49,189 bases of DNA from a virus (taxonomy: Duplodnaviria; Heunggongvirae; Uroviricota; Caudoviricetes): IMG/VR virus record IMGVR_UViG_3300045988_153230; one strand, given 5' to 3'. The translations under genes were made by a program, and so were the position numbers. Position 1 is the first letter of the stretch. Each line of letters begins with the position of its first letter. Below the pieces are notes generated by a model. The model was not told where the DNA came from and ran no database searches. It worked only from the letters and a program-made list of their open reading frames with translations. This document shows, one piece after another, positions 8,447 through 18,914 of this stretch.

Positions 8447-9563
8447 CCTCTAACCCCGCATACTGGCAATTTATATTTCTCTCTCTGGCGACCTGCGTCT
8501 CTCCAACCACAGTAAATACAGGACTTGATATTTCTAATCTTTTAGCCCCAGCATTTTTTAAACGTTGAATAATTTCATCTGGATTTATATCTCTTCCCAT
8601 AACCGAACGTTGCCATTGTTTATACTCATCAATAGCTTTCTCAACCTCACTTTGAATTAAAGTTGTTCTGTTTTTGTCCGATGAGTTAATCCAGTATTTA
8701 ATTATTATATCGTATTCAATGCTCTCTGGTTTCTTAACAAGAACTTTATCTGTGAATGGTCGAATATTAGTTGCAGAGAGAACGCTATTTATCTGCTCTA
8801 ATAGTTCATCAGAAGGTATATCTCCGTTCTCTAACAAAGAACGGATTTCTACAGTTCCGGGCGATGGTGTATATACATTCACATCTTTTATATTCTGATT
8901 GGCTGTTCTTGTCCAATATTTATAAGAATCCTCCGGCCCTGCTGTAGACAGTTTTTCCGGCGACAGTTTTATTCTTTCAGCATAATTATCATCTGACTCT
9001 GTATCAGCACCAGAATTAGATGTTGTTAGATTCCTTACGCTGGAAACATACGGCAACGGAGTCACCAACTCGTTTATTTGCCCAGGTAAAAAGCCATTCC
9101 CCGATAAGCCAGGTATAACAGCATATCCTGAGACTGTACCAACTGTTTTCCCAGCTGGTATTTCCAACAAAACATCTGTTTGGAAAATAACACTATTTCC
9201 AGTTGAAATTTGAGTGCCAGCAGGTATTGTATATATCCCCGATAATTTTGTTGACAGCTTAAACTCAAATGTAGTCAAGGCAGATTGAGCTTCCAGCCTA
9301 GGCGTATCCGTCAGATAGCCTATATGGTCGAGATATTCACCCCCACCATATGTAAGAAGGTTTTGTTTTGCAGAAAAATCGATAGCTTTTCTTTGCTGTA
9401 TAATAATCTCACACAATGACAAGATGAATAATCTACGTGGATCAGCAGGTGCTAATGTTTCACCTGTTATACTCTCAAAAGCCCTGATTGAACGAGTTGT
9501 TATATCAGTCGGGTTAGAATCTGCGAAAGTAATATCTGGCAAACCACCACGCGGCAACGTCAT
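8439..9563 (-). CDS. Baseplate protein J-like
   Basis: 374 aa, size and position (between W and I) as for P2 gpJ / T4 gp6-type baseplate wedge proteins. Confidence 0.7.
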   Translation of the reverse strand: MTLPRGGLPDITFADSNPTDITTRSIRAFESITGETLAPADPRRLFILSLCEIIIQQRKAIDFSAKQNLLTYGGGEYLDHIGYLTDTPRLEAQSALTTFEFKLSTKLSGIYTIPAGTQISTGNSVIFQTDVLLEIPAGKTVGTVSGYAVIPGLSGNGFLPGQINELVTPLPYVSSVRNLTTSNSGADTESDDNYAERIKLSPEKLSTAGPEDSYKYWTRTANQNIKDVNVYTPSPGTVEIRSLLENGDIPSDELLEQINSVLSATNIRPFTDKVLVKKPESIEYDIIIKYWINSSDKNRTTLIQSEVEKAIDEYKQWQRSVMGRDINPDEIIQRLKNAGAKRLEISSPVFTVVGETQVARERNINCQYAGLEDG

Positions 9564-9880
9564 TCTCTAACTCCTATCACAAGTTTTGGCCTAATAAAAC
9601 CATCAGAAACGTCCGTTCTTTCAAAAGTAACAGAATGGATAATCGCTCTAGGCTCAAACTCACTAATTTTTTGAATTATTTCTCGTGTTGCTGTAGCAAT
9701 AAAAATTGGACTGGGGCTATCAACAAGACTTGAATTAACTCCTAATTTTCTGGCATATGGTACAGTGCCAATCTGAGTATTAATAATAGTAGAGACATTT
9801 TGCAAAACTTCTTCTACAACTGTTTTGGGCGACCAATCAATCGAGTAAGAAGGTGATGATATGGTAAACGTATTATTCAT
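9560..9880 (-). CDS. Baseplate protein W (GPW/gp25-like)
   Basis: 106 aa, overlapping start/stop with neighbours, position upstream of J. Confidence 0.65.
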   Translation of the reverse strand: MNNTFTISSPSYSIDWSPKTVVEEVLQNVSTIINTQIGTVPYARKLGVNSSLVDSPSPIFIATATREIIQKISEFEPRAIIHSVTFERTDVSDGFIRPKLVIGVRE

Positions 9881-10344
9881 AATAATTTACCTAACGCACT
9901 TCTAGTTTTTGACTCTATATTGCCAGCAATATCAACTAATGCTTCTTTCAGAGAGGTCTGTCCGACTTCCTGTAATTTAATGCCGACGATAATCACTCGC
10001 GGATTCCCAGTTGGACCGAAATAAGTCCATGATTCCTCTATATCTGTAATTATAAAATTACCAAAATACTGAATACCAATTACAACAGGATTTACTTCCT
10101 GAATTGATTGCATTGTCCTAAGTAATGAAAGCGCAGCCAATGGAACAATGCCAAGTGTTGTATCCAACCGCATATTAAAACTAACTTCATCCAGATCTGG
10201 ACCTATATCCTCCAGAACAGGTTTAAGCCCAATAACATCATGGCGCGCTACACGACGCTTTGACGTCCTTTTAAAATTGTTGAACGTATTCACTACTATT
10301 GATGAGGCAACAAAAGGCATTGTACCAAGCATACCCACAATCAT
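9877..10344 (-). CDS. Phage tail protein, gpU-like (tentative)
   Basis: 155 aa; N-terminal MIVGMLGTMPFV... and overall size resemble P2 gpU as I recall it; the Mu gp46 family is an alternative. Confidence 0.45.
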   Translation of the reverse strand: MIVGMLGTMPFVASSIVVNTFNNFKRTSKRRVARHDVIGLKPVLEDIGPDLDEVSFNMRLDTTLGIVPLAALSLLRTMQSIQEVNPVVIGIQYFGNFIITDIEESWTYFGPTGNPRVIIVGIKLQEVGQTSLKEALVDIAGNIESKTRSALGKLL

Positions 10345-10961
10345 GCCTGAGCCTCCGTTGTCGAAGCGTATTCCCCCTGAGCTGTGTGATGGTGGCCTTT
10401 AGATTTAATCCCATCAACATCTATATCACCACCAACAACCTTAACATTCCCAGAAATTGTAGCTGCAACACCTCCAGCAGAAGATCCTTTCATTCCACCT
10501 TTGAAGGTTAGTAATCCTTCAACTGTAGCATTTCCGGTAATGATGGTTTCTGGAGCATCAATAGTTACGGTTCCTGTAGCCTTAACGGTTACATCTCCGA
10601 CAGCATCAACAAGGAGTAAATTAGATTCTCTGTCTATCTCAATACGAGTTCCGTTATTAAATCTAATGACGCGTTTATTAACAGTATTAGATGGCGGCTT
10701 CTGTGTTTCATCATAAAAACTACCAAGAATAAAACCTTGTTGCGGCCCTGCGGGATGAAAGATACACAAAACTTGCTCACCAATATCTGGCATCCAGTAA
10801 TCAGCATTCTTATCTGTATTTTTCACAATAACTGATAACTTTGCCGAAGTGACGTTATCCTGATCATCGAAAGTAACTCTTGCTGTAACATCACCATCAT
10901 CAATATCAGAAACAACGCCAACTCTTATAGTCTGACGTAATAATGTTTCTAAATCATTCAT
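10341..10961 (-). CDS. Baseplate assembly protein V / spike
   Basis: 206 aa with Gly-rich repetitive C-terminus (VTVKATGTVTIDAPETIITGNATVEG...) typical of gpV-type spike proteins. Confidence 0.7.
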   Translation of the reverse strand: MNDLETLLRQTIRVGVVSDIDDGDVTARVTFDDQDNVTSAKLSVIVKNTDKNADYWMPDIGEQVLCIFHPAGPQQGFILGSFYDETQKPPSNTVNKRVIRFNNGTRIEIDRESNLLLVDAVGDVTVKATGTVTIDAPETIITGNATVEGLLTFKGGMKGSSAGGVAATISGNVKVVGGDIDVDGIKSKGHHHTAQGEYASTTEAQA

Positions 10962-10963
10962 AA

Positions 10964-11965
10964 TTAATACCCATTAATTACTCTTCGGACATCAATCGAG
11001 GTGGTATAACCACTAGCCCCAATTGAATGCACAGCTTTCGATATAAGATATTTTCCAGAAAATAAACCGAATCCGTCCAGATTTATAGTTACACCAGCTA
11101 CCAATCTGGTGTCTCCAACCAATACTAAAGATCCGGTATTTTGATATCTATTTTTAAGCCGCAAAGCAGCCTTTGCCTTACGTTTTGCTTCATCTAAATT
11201 AGCTACCAGTTTTCTTATCTTAAGATTCGACCCTTCTTCTACGGATGGATCTACCCAAGTATACGAAAGCGACTTTCTTTTTTTAGGTACGCGATATTTG
11301 CACGTGCAACTTTTATACAAATCTGTAGATTGTGTGCTAAAGCTATATCTGATTATCTCATCAATACCTAACGTAAGCGTAGCGATAGGATCTTTTTGCT
11401 CAAACATCTCTTGAGCAAATATTATTAATTGGCTATCAGTGACCTTTAACGACAACCCTTCATCCTGGCAAAGTCGATGGAGAAATTTTAAATCGCTTTC
11501 CTCCATTTGATCTTCACGCGCATAATATGGATTACTATCACCATCAATAAGAAACAACAGTTCAAGGTTAGCTAATTTAGCTATAGAAGTTGCTATATCT
11601 TTAAGAGTTGTTTTTTCCCATGCATTACTTTTTAAATCACGTCTAATGCCTGATGAAACAGGAACAGAAACAGCAGTTACCTCAACAACAGAAGGTGGTC
11701 CAGAGCAAGTTATGCCATCTACCTGGAATTTCCCGCACTCAAGGACGATTTGATTTATAGGCTTAAAGCTCAAATCAATAAAATCACCCTTTTTAGGTGT
11801 CCAGTCTCCAGACCATTTCCCATCATCATTTTTTAATATAATAGAAATATCATCGACCTGACCATCTTCATTATCTGTATAAGACATTGACAAAACATCA
11901 GGTGACATATGAGCGGTAATATTTACATTCTGATATATAACATCAAAAAGCGTTTTACGTAACAC
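10964..11965 (-). CDS. Tail protein D (Phage_GPD family)
   Basis: 333 aa; ...TLKDIATSIAKLANLELLFLIDGDSNPYYAREDQMEESDLKFLHRLCQDEGLSLKV... fits the gpD late-control/tail protein pattern. Confidence 0.7.
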   Translation of the reverse strand: MLRKTLFDVIYQNVNITAHMSPDVLSMSYTDNEDGQVDDISIILKNDDGKWSGDWTPKKGDFIDLSFKPINQIVLECGKFQVDGITCSGPPSVVEVTAVSVPVSSGIRRDLKSNAWEKTTLKDIATSIAKLANLELLFLIDGDSNPYYAREDQMEESDLKFLHRLCQDEGLSLKVTDSQLIIFAQEMFEQKDPIATLTLGIDEIIRYSFSTQSTDLYKSCTCKYRVPKKRKSLSYTWVDPSVEEGSNLKIRKLVANLDEAKRKAKAALRLKNRYQNTGSLVLVGDTRLVAGVTINLDGFGLFSGKYLISKAVHSIGASGYTTSIDVRRVINGY

Positions 11966-12173
11966 TGTTGCGTCTCCACGGAGGCAAATTGTTTACTGAT
12001 ATTGGCATAACCGGAGCATCAGGAACTTTAAGAATAATTCCCGCAGAAAAAAGCACCGTAAAGCGGTGCTCAGTATTAGCATCAATAAGAAGATAAGACA
12101 GGTACTCATTACCATACAACTTTAACGCGATACTATCCCATGAGTCCCCTTGAACCGTTCTATAATCATCCAA
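11955..12173 (-). CDS. Tail protein X (LysM-like, P2 gpX-like)
   Basis: 72 aa; YRTVQGDSWDSIALKLYGNE...LIDAN...ILKVPD matches the gpX/LysM pattern. Confidence 0.65.
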   Translation of the reverse strand: MDDYRTVQGDSWDSIALKLYGNEYLSYLLIDANTEHRFTVLFSAGIILKVPDAPVMPISVNNLPPWRRNSVT

Positions 12174-14958
12174 AACTTAATCTCCGTTGTTGGAACATAT
12201 GAGCACTCAATTTCTTCTCAAAATCAGAATATCCCGCATCTAATGCTCTTTTAGCTGCCGCCTCAGTTTCCTTTGGTGAACCAGCCGGAAGATTGATTAC
12301 AGGTGAATAGGTTATTCCACCAGTCACAGCGTTAACGTTCTGGCGAGTTCCAGAAGTCCCGGCGGCAGATATCCCGTGAGGTGATAAATTTGATTGCCCG
12401 AACTTGGTTGCTATTGCATTCTGTAAGCTGTTATTCCTGCTAACACCTGATGCCAGAGTAGTCATTATTGCACCCCCTGACTTTGTTAGCTGTGTGAATG
12501 GACCTTTTTTCGCGTCAGAGAACGGTAAATACTCACGTACAGAAGAAAAAACGCCTTTCACTTCATTAATTAAAGCATTTGCTTTTGATTTTATCCCAGT
12601 GATTAACGTCTCAATTATTTTTGCACCTGACTCACTCCAGTTTATTCCAGATAAATAAGCCGTTACAGATTGGAATGCTCTTATAAAGAGTCCAACTGGT
12701 GAAAAACGCATAAAAACAGACACCAGTGTATCTATGATTTTCTTTCCTGTTTCGCTCCAGTTAATGCCAGAAAGGTAATTTGTTGTAAGTTTAAATGCTT
12801 TAATTAAGAACGGAAGCGGAGACATCCATTTAAAAGCACTAATTAATGTACTGTAAATTCTTACTCCTGCCGAACTCCAGTTTATGTTGGAAAGATAATC
12901 CCATGCTTTACCAAACATAGATATAATCCATCCATTGAGATCAAAGTTTAAGATAAAGTTTTTTATAGCTTCAAACGATTTAACTGTATATTCCTTAACA
13001 GAAGGCCAAACTCTGACAGCATAATCTCTGATCTTATCCCAGTTCTGATAGAGCAATATTCCTGCGGCAACCAGCGCAGATATAGCCATCTGAATCCACC
13101 CGAAGGGTGTTAGCTTTGTCGCTACAGATAAAGCCAGCATAGCTACCCTACACGCTATAACCACACTTTTCATGGTTAGAAACGCACCTGCCGCCATCAC
13201 AATCTGAGACACAAAATTGGGGTTGTTAGCTACAAATTCACTAATTTTTGTAATCAGCGGAACCAAAACACTAAGCGCGGCATTCAAAGCAGGTTGCAAG
13301 GCCTGACCAAAACTTAATGATGCATTGCTAGCCTGAATACGTAATTGTTTCAATCGCTCCGCATTGTCTTTCGTTATGTTGGCAAAATCGCGGTCAATAA
13401 CAGCACTTCCAGCACCAAGAGATGTTGCTTTGATTCTCTGGTATTCCTTCCAGTTTTGAATCATCGGACGAACAAAGTTCTGAACCTGCATATCGCCAAA
13501 TAGCTCACCAAGTAACTTCTGATCTCCGTTCTTAGTCATTTTCATGACAGAATGCATTGCAGCTTCGAATGGATTCTTCCCTTTTTTCTGCGCTGTTGTG
13601 ACAATTTTATATAAATCTACACCGAAATTTTTCTTTGCTTTTTTTAGCGTTTCAGGGGAAAGTATTTTCGCCAAAAAGTTGTTCATATTATTAGCAGCCT
13701 CATCCGAAGTTGCAGCACCTTTGCGAGCTATCTGCAAAGCTGCCCCCATCGTCGCGGCGGCTTCTTTACCTCCCATTTTTAATGCCTGGAACTGGGCACC
13801 AAGCACAGGAAGATTTTTGGCCATATCTTTAAATTCAAAGTTTCCCTCTTTCCCTGCCTGAACCAGAATCCCCATTGCAGACTTCATTTGAGATGGATCA
13901 ATCTTCAATGAGTCACTTAATGTAAATGATGCTTTCGAGACATCGAGGATATCAGAGCCAGTAGCTGTAGCTGTTCGCCCAATAGTTAGTAGATTCGCCT
14001 GAGCCTCTTTATAATCCTGCCCAGCAGCGACGAGAAAACCCTGAGCGGCCTGAATATCAGATGCAAACTGGTTGGTAGCCGTTCCGGTAACAAGCATCGC
14101 CTGCCCCATCGCCTGAACTTCTTCCGGCTTCATATCTGCCGTAAGACCAATCATTTTGTTTTCACGATTGAAATTTGCTGCATTGTTAGCAGCAGCAAAT
14201 GCACCAGCCGCTACAGCACCAGTTTGTAATCCTGACCTTACAAGTTGACTCTTTGCCTCACCAAGATGCTCTCGCTTCAATTCACGCTGCCTTTCCAACG
14301 CGCGGTTTAACTCCTCCTGAGCACGTTTTACTGCAAGAACATTTTTCCGTGCTTCAGCCAACGCATTTTTATAGCTGTTAATTTTATCAATACGTTGTTT
14401 TTCTAATGCCCGGTTAAGTTCCTCCTGCTGTTTTTTCACTTGCTGAACATTTGCTCTGGCTAAAGCCAAAGCCGTTCTGTAGCGGTTAACCTGCTCAACG
14501 CTACGGGCCTGAGCCTCACGATTACGATCAATGCTGGCTTTAAGTTCTTTCTCTCTTGAGGCCAAAGCTCTGGCAGATGTATCAGCTCCCTGATAGGCAG
14601 ACTTTAAAGCGGCCAGTTCTTCACGCTGAGAACGTAGTGATGCTCGTAAATTCGATGAATGTGTTTTTGCCTTCTCAAAGTCACGAAGCATCGCTCTGGT
14701 TGGATTGGCCGTGTTTTTTATTTGCTTCTGTAACTCTTCAACGCGAGCGGCAGCTTTATGATATTCGAGGGCAGTCTGTCCAACCTTTACTTTTACAGAT
14801 TGTAGCTTTTGAATTTCCCCATGTTCTTTCGTTAATCCAGCAAGCTCGGCATTTAATTTAGCAACAGCCTGATTAGCTGTAGTAAAACTTTTGGGGAGAG
14901 AGGCGGCAACTTTGCCGCCAATTTCAAAAGCCAGCTTAAAGTTCTTATTGCTGGCCAT
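12166..14958 (-). CDS. Tail tape measure protein
   Basis: 930 aa, Ala/Gln-rich coiled-coil repeats (two near-duplicate ...QQVKKQQEELNRALEKQR... segments) and C-terminal hydrophobic segments, downstream of the E/E' chaperones. Confidence 0.85.
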   Translation of the reverse strand: MASNKNFKLAFEIGGKVAASLPKSFTTANQAVAKLNAELAGLTKEHGEIQKLQSVKVKVGQTALEYHKAAARVEELQKQIKNTANPTRAMLRDFEKAKTHSSNLRASLRSQREELAALKSAYQGADTSARALASREKELKASIDRNREAQARSVEQVNRYRTALALARANVQQVKKQQEELNRALEKQRIDKINSYKNALAEARKNVLAVKRAQEELNRALERQRELKREHLGEAKSQLVRSGLQTGAVAAGAFAAANNAANFNRENKMIGLTADMKPEEVQAMGQAMLVTGTATNQFASDIQAAQGFLVAAGQDYKEAQANLLTIGRTATATGSDILDVSKASFTLSDSLKIDPSQMKSAMGILVQAGKEGNFEFKDMAKNLPVLGAQFQALKMGGKEAAATMGAALQIARKGAATSDEAANNMNNFLAKILSPETLKKAKKNFGVDLYKIVTTAQKKGKNPFEAAMHSVMKMTKNGDQKLLGELFGDMQVQNFVRPMIQNWKEYQRIKATSLGAGSAVIDRDFANITKDNAERLKQLRIQASNASLSFGQALQPALNAALSVLVPLITKISEFVANNPNFVSQIVMAAGAFLTMKSVVIACRVAMLALSVATKLTPFGWIQMAISALVAAGILLYQNWDKIRDYAVRVWPSVKEYTVKSFEAIKNFILNFDLNGWIISMFGKAWDYLSNINWSSAGVRIYSTLISAFKWMSPLPFLIKAFKLTTNYLSGINWSETGKKIIDTLVSVFMRFSPVGLFIRAFQSVTAYLSGINWSESGAKIIETLITGIKSKANALINEVKGVFSSVREYLPFSDAKKGPFTQLTKSGGAIMTTLASGVSRNNSLQNAIATKFGQSNLSPHGISAAGTSGTRQNVNAVTGGITYSPVINLPAGSPKETEAAAKRALDAGYSDFEKKLSAHMFQQRRLSFG

Positions 14959-14963
14959 TAGTA

Positions 14964-15146
14964 TTAATCCTCATTAAACACATCAATCCATGCGACAATT
15001 CGCCTCAACCGAAGCGAAAGCCAGTAGGATATAGGTGTTGATTGAGATGATTGAGATAGAGAACTCGCGGCTCTCATTATTTGCTTATCAATAGGTTTTT
15101 GCTCATCAAAACCTACGAGAGCAAAAAATTCTGTACCTTTTGGCAA
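14964..15146 (-). CDS. Tail assembly chaperone E' extension, reached by -1 frameshift from gpE
   Basis: ORF overlaps the 3' end of gpE in the -1 frame; slippery heptamer TTTTTTG (minus strand, 15128..15122) lies within the overlap, as in P2 E/E'. Confidence 0.65.
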   Translation of the reverse strand: MPKGTEFFALVGFDEQKPIDKQIMRAASSLSQSSQSTPISYWLSLRLRRIVAWIDVFNED

Positions 15147-15394
15147 ACTTTAACAAAGTCTTTCGCTGGCAATCCATTCAGATACTCTATCGGACGGCCA
15201 ATACAGCGAGCAGCCAGAGCAACGTGGACTTTATGATCAAGTGATGTTTGAACTGTAACATGCCCTTGAGATTGCAGTAAGTCCGATACTTCTAAAATAT
15301 CGCTGCCTTTTAGGTTGTCTAAATCAAGGTTGAGTTCAGTCACCGGCTCGAAGTCTTCAAAACGATACTCTTTACTTAATTTAACGGTTTCCAT
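15113..15394 (-). CDS. Tail assembly chaperone gpE-like
   Basis: 93 aa between tail tube and tape measure genes, with a downstream overlapping -1 frame ORF. Confidence 0.7.
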   Translation of the reverse strand: METVKLSKEYRFEDFEPVTELNLDLDNLKGSDILEVSDLLQSQGHVTVQTSLDHKVHVALAARCIGRPIEYLNGLPAKDFVKVCQKVQNFLLS

Positions 15395-15403
15395 TTTGTC
15401 ACC

Positions 15404-15925
15404 TTATAAACCTAAATCATCACGAACGCTTTTTAATATATCTTCACCATCGAAGATACAAATAAAGTTCAATTTATCAATTTCCAGGACTTCTTTTCCA
15501 TCAATAAATAATTTGATATAGAGAACTTCAAATTCATTCTCTGAATCAGTAGCCTTTGCCACCTGTAGCGAACCTAAATCCAGTTTTTTAGGGTTTAGCT
15601 TCATTGAAGCCCGAATGGGAACCGTTTTATATTTCCCTGTTCCGGCATCATAAACCTGCTGGCTACCACGAAAATCTACCTGATGCGATGAGGATAGAAA
15701 TAATTTTGCACCAGCAGAGGTTAGGGTTCGCCATTTAAGAGAGACGGTCATTGGTTTGAAATGCCCCAGCGTTCCGCTCTCAAGCTCTCCAGCAATACCT
15801 GCACCACTAACTGTCTCTGTCATCATCTCGATTGATGGCAGCTTTGCGTCAGCAACACCGATAATACGGTTTCCCTCACCGTATACTGTAAAGTTAATAA
15901 GTCTCTCAGGAATTTGATTGCTCAA
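15404..15925 (-). CDS. Tail tube protein (FII-like)
   Basis: 173 aa directly downstream of the sheath gene. Confidence 0.7.
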   Translation of the reverse strand: MSNQIPERLINFTVYGEGNRIIGVADAKLPSIEMMTETVSGAGIAGELESGTLGHFKPMTVSLKWRTLTSAGAKLFLSSSHQVDFRGSQQVYDAGTGKYKTVPIRASMKLNPKKLDLGSLQVAKATDSENEFEVLYIKLFIDGKEVLEIDKLNFICIFDGEDILKSVRDDLGL

Positions 15926-15941
15926 AGCAACCTCCTATTAT

Positions 15942-17405
15942 TTATTCAGAAAACAAGTTCAGCAGATAATCAGGATTATATTCCATGACGAACTCTATAT
16001 CTCTGGCAGGTGAGAATGGTGTCATTTTTACATGGAATTTAACAATCCCGTCCATCAATGACGTAATCGTGTTTTCAGACTGATCAAAGGTAACAACACC
16101 ACCTGCAATATCCTGATTACCTGTGAGGCCGTTAAGCCAAATATTCGCACTTGTAACAATCGATTCAATTAATCGACGGTTTGCAGGATTGTCTATTTTT
16201 GACCAATGCGAAAGAATTAACGTATTACCCACCCAGTTAAACATACGTCGGCAAACACGAAATGCGTCTTTGGGGTCTGTAGATGTTGGATAAATAGCAT
16301 TACGGTTTCCCCATGATTTCCAACCATCAAAATTAAGGCTTGTTACAATCCCCTGTCCATTTAAGTAGTTTGCCTGGCTAATGTTAAGCCATACTTCACT
16401 GCCATCTTTACGTACAGCACCGTCCATCTGTAGTTTTATATTTGACGGAGAACGTGATGGAATATCACCATACTGACTATCCAGCAAGCATGTTGCGGCC
16501 GCTAAATGGGTTGAGTGATGGTAAATATTGTCACCAAGTTTCACCATCGGCCAGCACACTGTCTGGTTAGCGGCCATGTGATTATTGTTCTGTTTCCATT
16601 CAGGAACAGCCGAGTAATCACTGATAGTAGATTTATCGGTCGGCGCATCCGTTATAGCTTCTGCTTTGAACAATTCACTAATCAGCGCGGCTTTAGCCGC
16701 CATTAGCTGACCAACTTCACTATCAGAACTAAATCCAGGTGCAATCACTTGTCCAGGAACTAACTTGAAGCGGGGATACACATCTGACAGTAACTCAAGC
16801 CCTGTATTGGCTTTAGTGTTGGAATCCACACCACCGATAATGTCATTTTTAGTTACGGCACCGGGATCAAGATGTGTATAACTAACCTTAAGAGTAGCGT
16901 CTTTTTCGGTAATTTTTCCTCCGCTAATAGCTGTAATGACCGTATAGCCATTATCATCCAGCGCCAGCACATAATCGGTATCAACCGTTAACCCAGGCGA
17001 ATCACCATCTGCTTTTTTCACAACAACAGATTTATATAAGACACCATCGTTAGAGAGCGTACCTTTCCCGCCAGAAAGTTTTACTAACTCATCAGTAACG
17101 TCTTTCTTATGCTTTGCTGGATCAAGCACATTGATAAATACAACTGGCGCAACACCATATATTCCAAATGCGACTTTAATTACTTCGCTTAAAGTATATT
17201 TCTCGAAGTTTGTGCTATATCCTATTTTAGATACGGCCTCTGCGTATGTATAAGCAATGATAGGTTTATTTACCGCTGAGGCTGGATCTTCTAACTGATT
17301 AACAGGAGCCGTACCAAATGCGACAATCAACCCAGCACTAACTTGCACTGGAGGAGTTATAGATGTAGCCAGCTCAGATATATAAATACCGTGGCGATAT
17401 CCCAT
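15942..17405 (-). CDS. Contractile tail sheath protein (FI-like)
   Basis: 487 aa, size and position upstream of the tube gene. Confidence 0.75.
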   Translation of the reverse strand: MGYRHGIYISELATSITPPVQVSAGLIVAFGTAPVNQLEDPASAVNKPIIAYTYAEAVSKIGYSTNFEKYTLSEVIKVAFGIYGVAPVVFINVLDPAKHKKDVTDELVKLSGGKGTLSNDGVLYKSVVVKKADGDSPGLTVDTDYVLALDDNGYTVITAISGGKITEKDATLKVSYTHLDPGAVTKNDIIGGVDSNTKANTGLELLSDVYPRFKLVPGQVIAPGFSSDSEVGQLMAAKAALISELFKAEAITDAPTDKSTISDYSAVPEWKQNNNHMAANQTVCWPMVKLGDNIYHHSTHLAAATCLLDSQYGDIPSRSPSNIKLQMDGAVRKDGSEVWLNISQANYLNGQGIVTSLNFDGWKSWGNRNAIYPTSTDPKDAFRVCRRMFNWVGNTLILSHWSKIDNPANRRLIESIVTSANIWLNGLTGNQDIAGGVVTFDQSENTITSLMDGIVKFHVKMTPFSPARDIEFVMEYNPDYLLNLFSE

Positions 17406-17695
17406 TATTTAATCTCCATGATAGAAGAAGAAACTCTAGAGTACATTACATACTCGACACTGGTTTTATCAGAAAGTCTTTTCTCTGCATCTGCAAAATC
17501 ACTGGTTGCCACAAACAAACACTTTGCACCAGGAATATGTGATATTAATTTTTTACACTCTGGAGATAAGCCATTCTTAAATAGTTTATGCTTCAAAATT
17601 GAGAGTTGAGGGATTGTTGGTCCTATATATACAAATGTTTGAGCAACATCTTCCTTCTTTTCTATATCTTCTTTACTACTTTTCTTATTAGCCAT
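17405..17695 (-). CDS. Hypothetical protein between head and tail modules
   Basis: 96-codon ORF with start/stop overlap to neighbours. Confidence 0.4.
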   Translation of the reverse strand: MANKKSSKEDIEKKEDVAQTFVYIGPTIPQLSILKHKLFKNGLSPECKKLISHIPGAKCLFVATSDFADAEKRLSDKTSVEYVMYSRVSSSIMEIK

Positions 17696-18181
17696 TTAGA
17701 TAAACTCCTGAGACTGAATATTCTGAGGCTTTAATACTAGCCACGTTCCAGTTGCTTCCGTTATCCAATATGGATACGGTTGATCATCAAACATTCGCCA
17801 TCTGATATCGCCCTGAAAAAGAAATTTCTCTTCAAGTAAAGGCTTCTCCTGAAAATGAAACATCATCCTTTCAAGAAGAGCCATTACCCATTCATATCCA
17901 GTATGGTCCTCACAAAAACCACCTAGAAGAAACTTAACCTTAACTTCATCCGTTTCAGGCTGCATTCCTCCTTCCGTGGGCCTGATAATCACATGAGGAA
18001 ATTCTGGCGGTTTATCTGGAGATGGTTGTGATTTAGGAGGCAAGTACCCTTTAAATATTGTTGGAACAAACAATTTAATATCGCTGTCTGTTTCATCATA
18101 AGGAGGCCCCTGCACTAATAAATCATGGAAAACCTCATGTTCCAACCGATTTTTTATTGCATCTATCAAAAGATTAATCAA
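17696..18181 (-). CDS. Probable head-tail connector / tail completion protein
   Basis: 161 aa, position between capsid and sheath genes; no family recognised. Confidence 0.4.
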   Translation of the reverse strand: MINLLIDAIKNRLEHEVFHDLLVQGPPYDETDSDIKLFVPTIFKGYLPPKSQPSPDKPPEFPHVIIRPTEGGMQPETDEVKVKFLLGGFCEDHTGYEWVMALLERMMFHFQEKPLLEEKFLFQGDIRWRMFDDQPYPYWITEATGTWLVLKPQNIQSQEFI

Positions 18182-18522
18182 ATCGGCATTCCTCTGTTAG
18201 TATTAACAGTGAGAGTTATTTCCAATACACCAACATTATCTGATACTTCATCAACAATATAATTTTTACCGTTGATTTTCATTGACTGGTCTTTGACTGG
18301 GAGAACAGGAAAATCTTTTCTTGAAACAAATAATATTATTTGCCCCTGATTTATTCCCTCTGCAAACTCAGCATATGAGCGTTTATTCCGCTCATGAATA
18401 AGGTCTGTATCAATAACGGCAAGGATATCCTTGCCGTCTATGTTATATGTATCGGCAAACTCTTTTTCATTGAGGAATATTGCAGAAATATCTTGCGCTA
18501 TAACCTCTTTGAAGGAGTTCAT
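18178..18522 (-). CDS. Probable head-tail joining protein
   Basis: 114 aa, position equivalent to lambda FII. Confidence 0.4.
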   Translation of the reverse strand: MNSFKEVIAQDISAIFLNEKEFADTYNIDGKDILAVIDTDLIHERNKRSYAEFAEGINQGQIILFVSRKDFPVLPVKDQSMKINGKNYIVDEVSDNVGVLEITLTVNTNRGMPI

Positions 18523-18914
18523 TACTTCTTATTACCTTTTTTTTGCGTTGATTTTTTCGCATTACTGGTATCAGAAGTAGCTACAGATTCAGATGAATCA
18601 TCAGCAACCGTTTCCTCATTGCCGCCATCATCCTCAAACTCAACCTCGAATACACAGCTACCCGCCTCCGTTCGCGTAATCAACCCCGCGTCCACAGCAT
18701 CATTAACAGCAGATGCGTATCCATGCTCAAAAGCTAACTTAGCAGCATCATAGCCCCCGGCCGATGCCAAATCCCCATCCTCTTCGGTGGCAATAGCATG
18801 TCCTGACGCAATCAGTTCAGCAATTCTGGAGTTATCCATTAGCCCATTAAGCAAACGGCCCGCTTTTAGCGAGCCGTGGCTTATCGTATCAATATTTTTA
18901 ATCAGTCTGGCCAT
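18522..18914 (-). CDS. Probable head completion/packaging accessory protein with acidic C-terminus
   Basis: 130 aa immediately downstream of the major capsid gene; C-terminal acidic tract EVEFEDDGGNEETVADDSSE. Confidence 0.35.
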   Translation of the reverse strand: MARLIKNIDTISHGSLKAGRLLNGLMDNSRIAELIASGHAIATEEDGDLASAGGYDAAKLAFEHGYASAVNDAVDAGLITRTEAGSCVFEVEFEDDGGNEETVADDSSESVATSDTSNAKKSTQKKGNKK

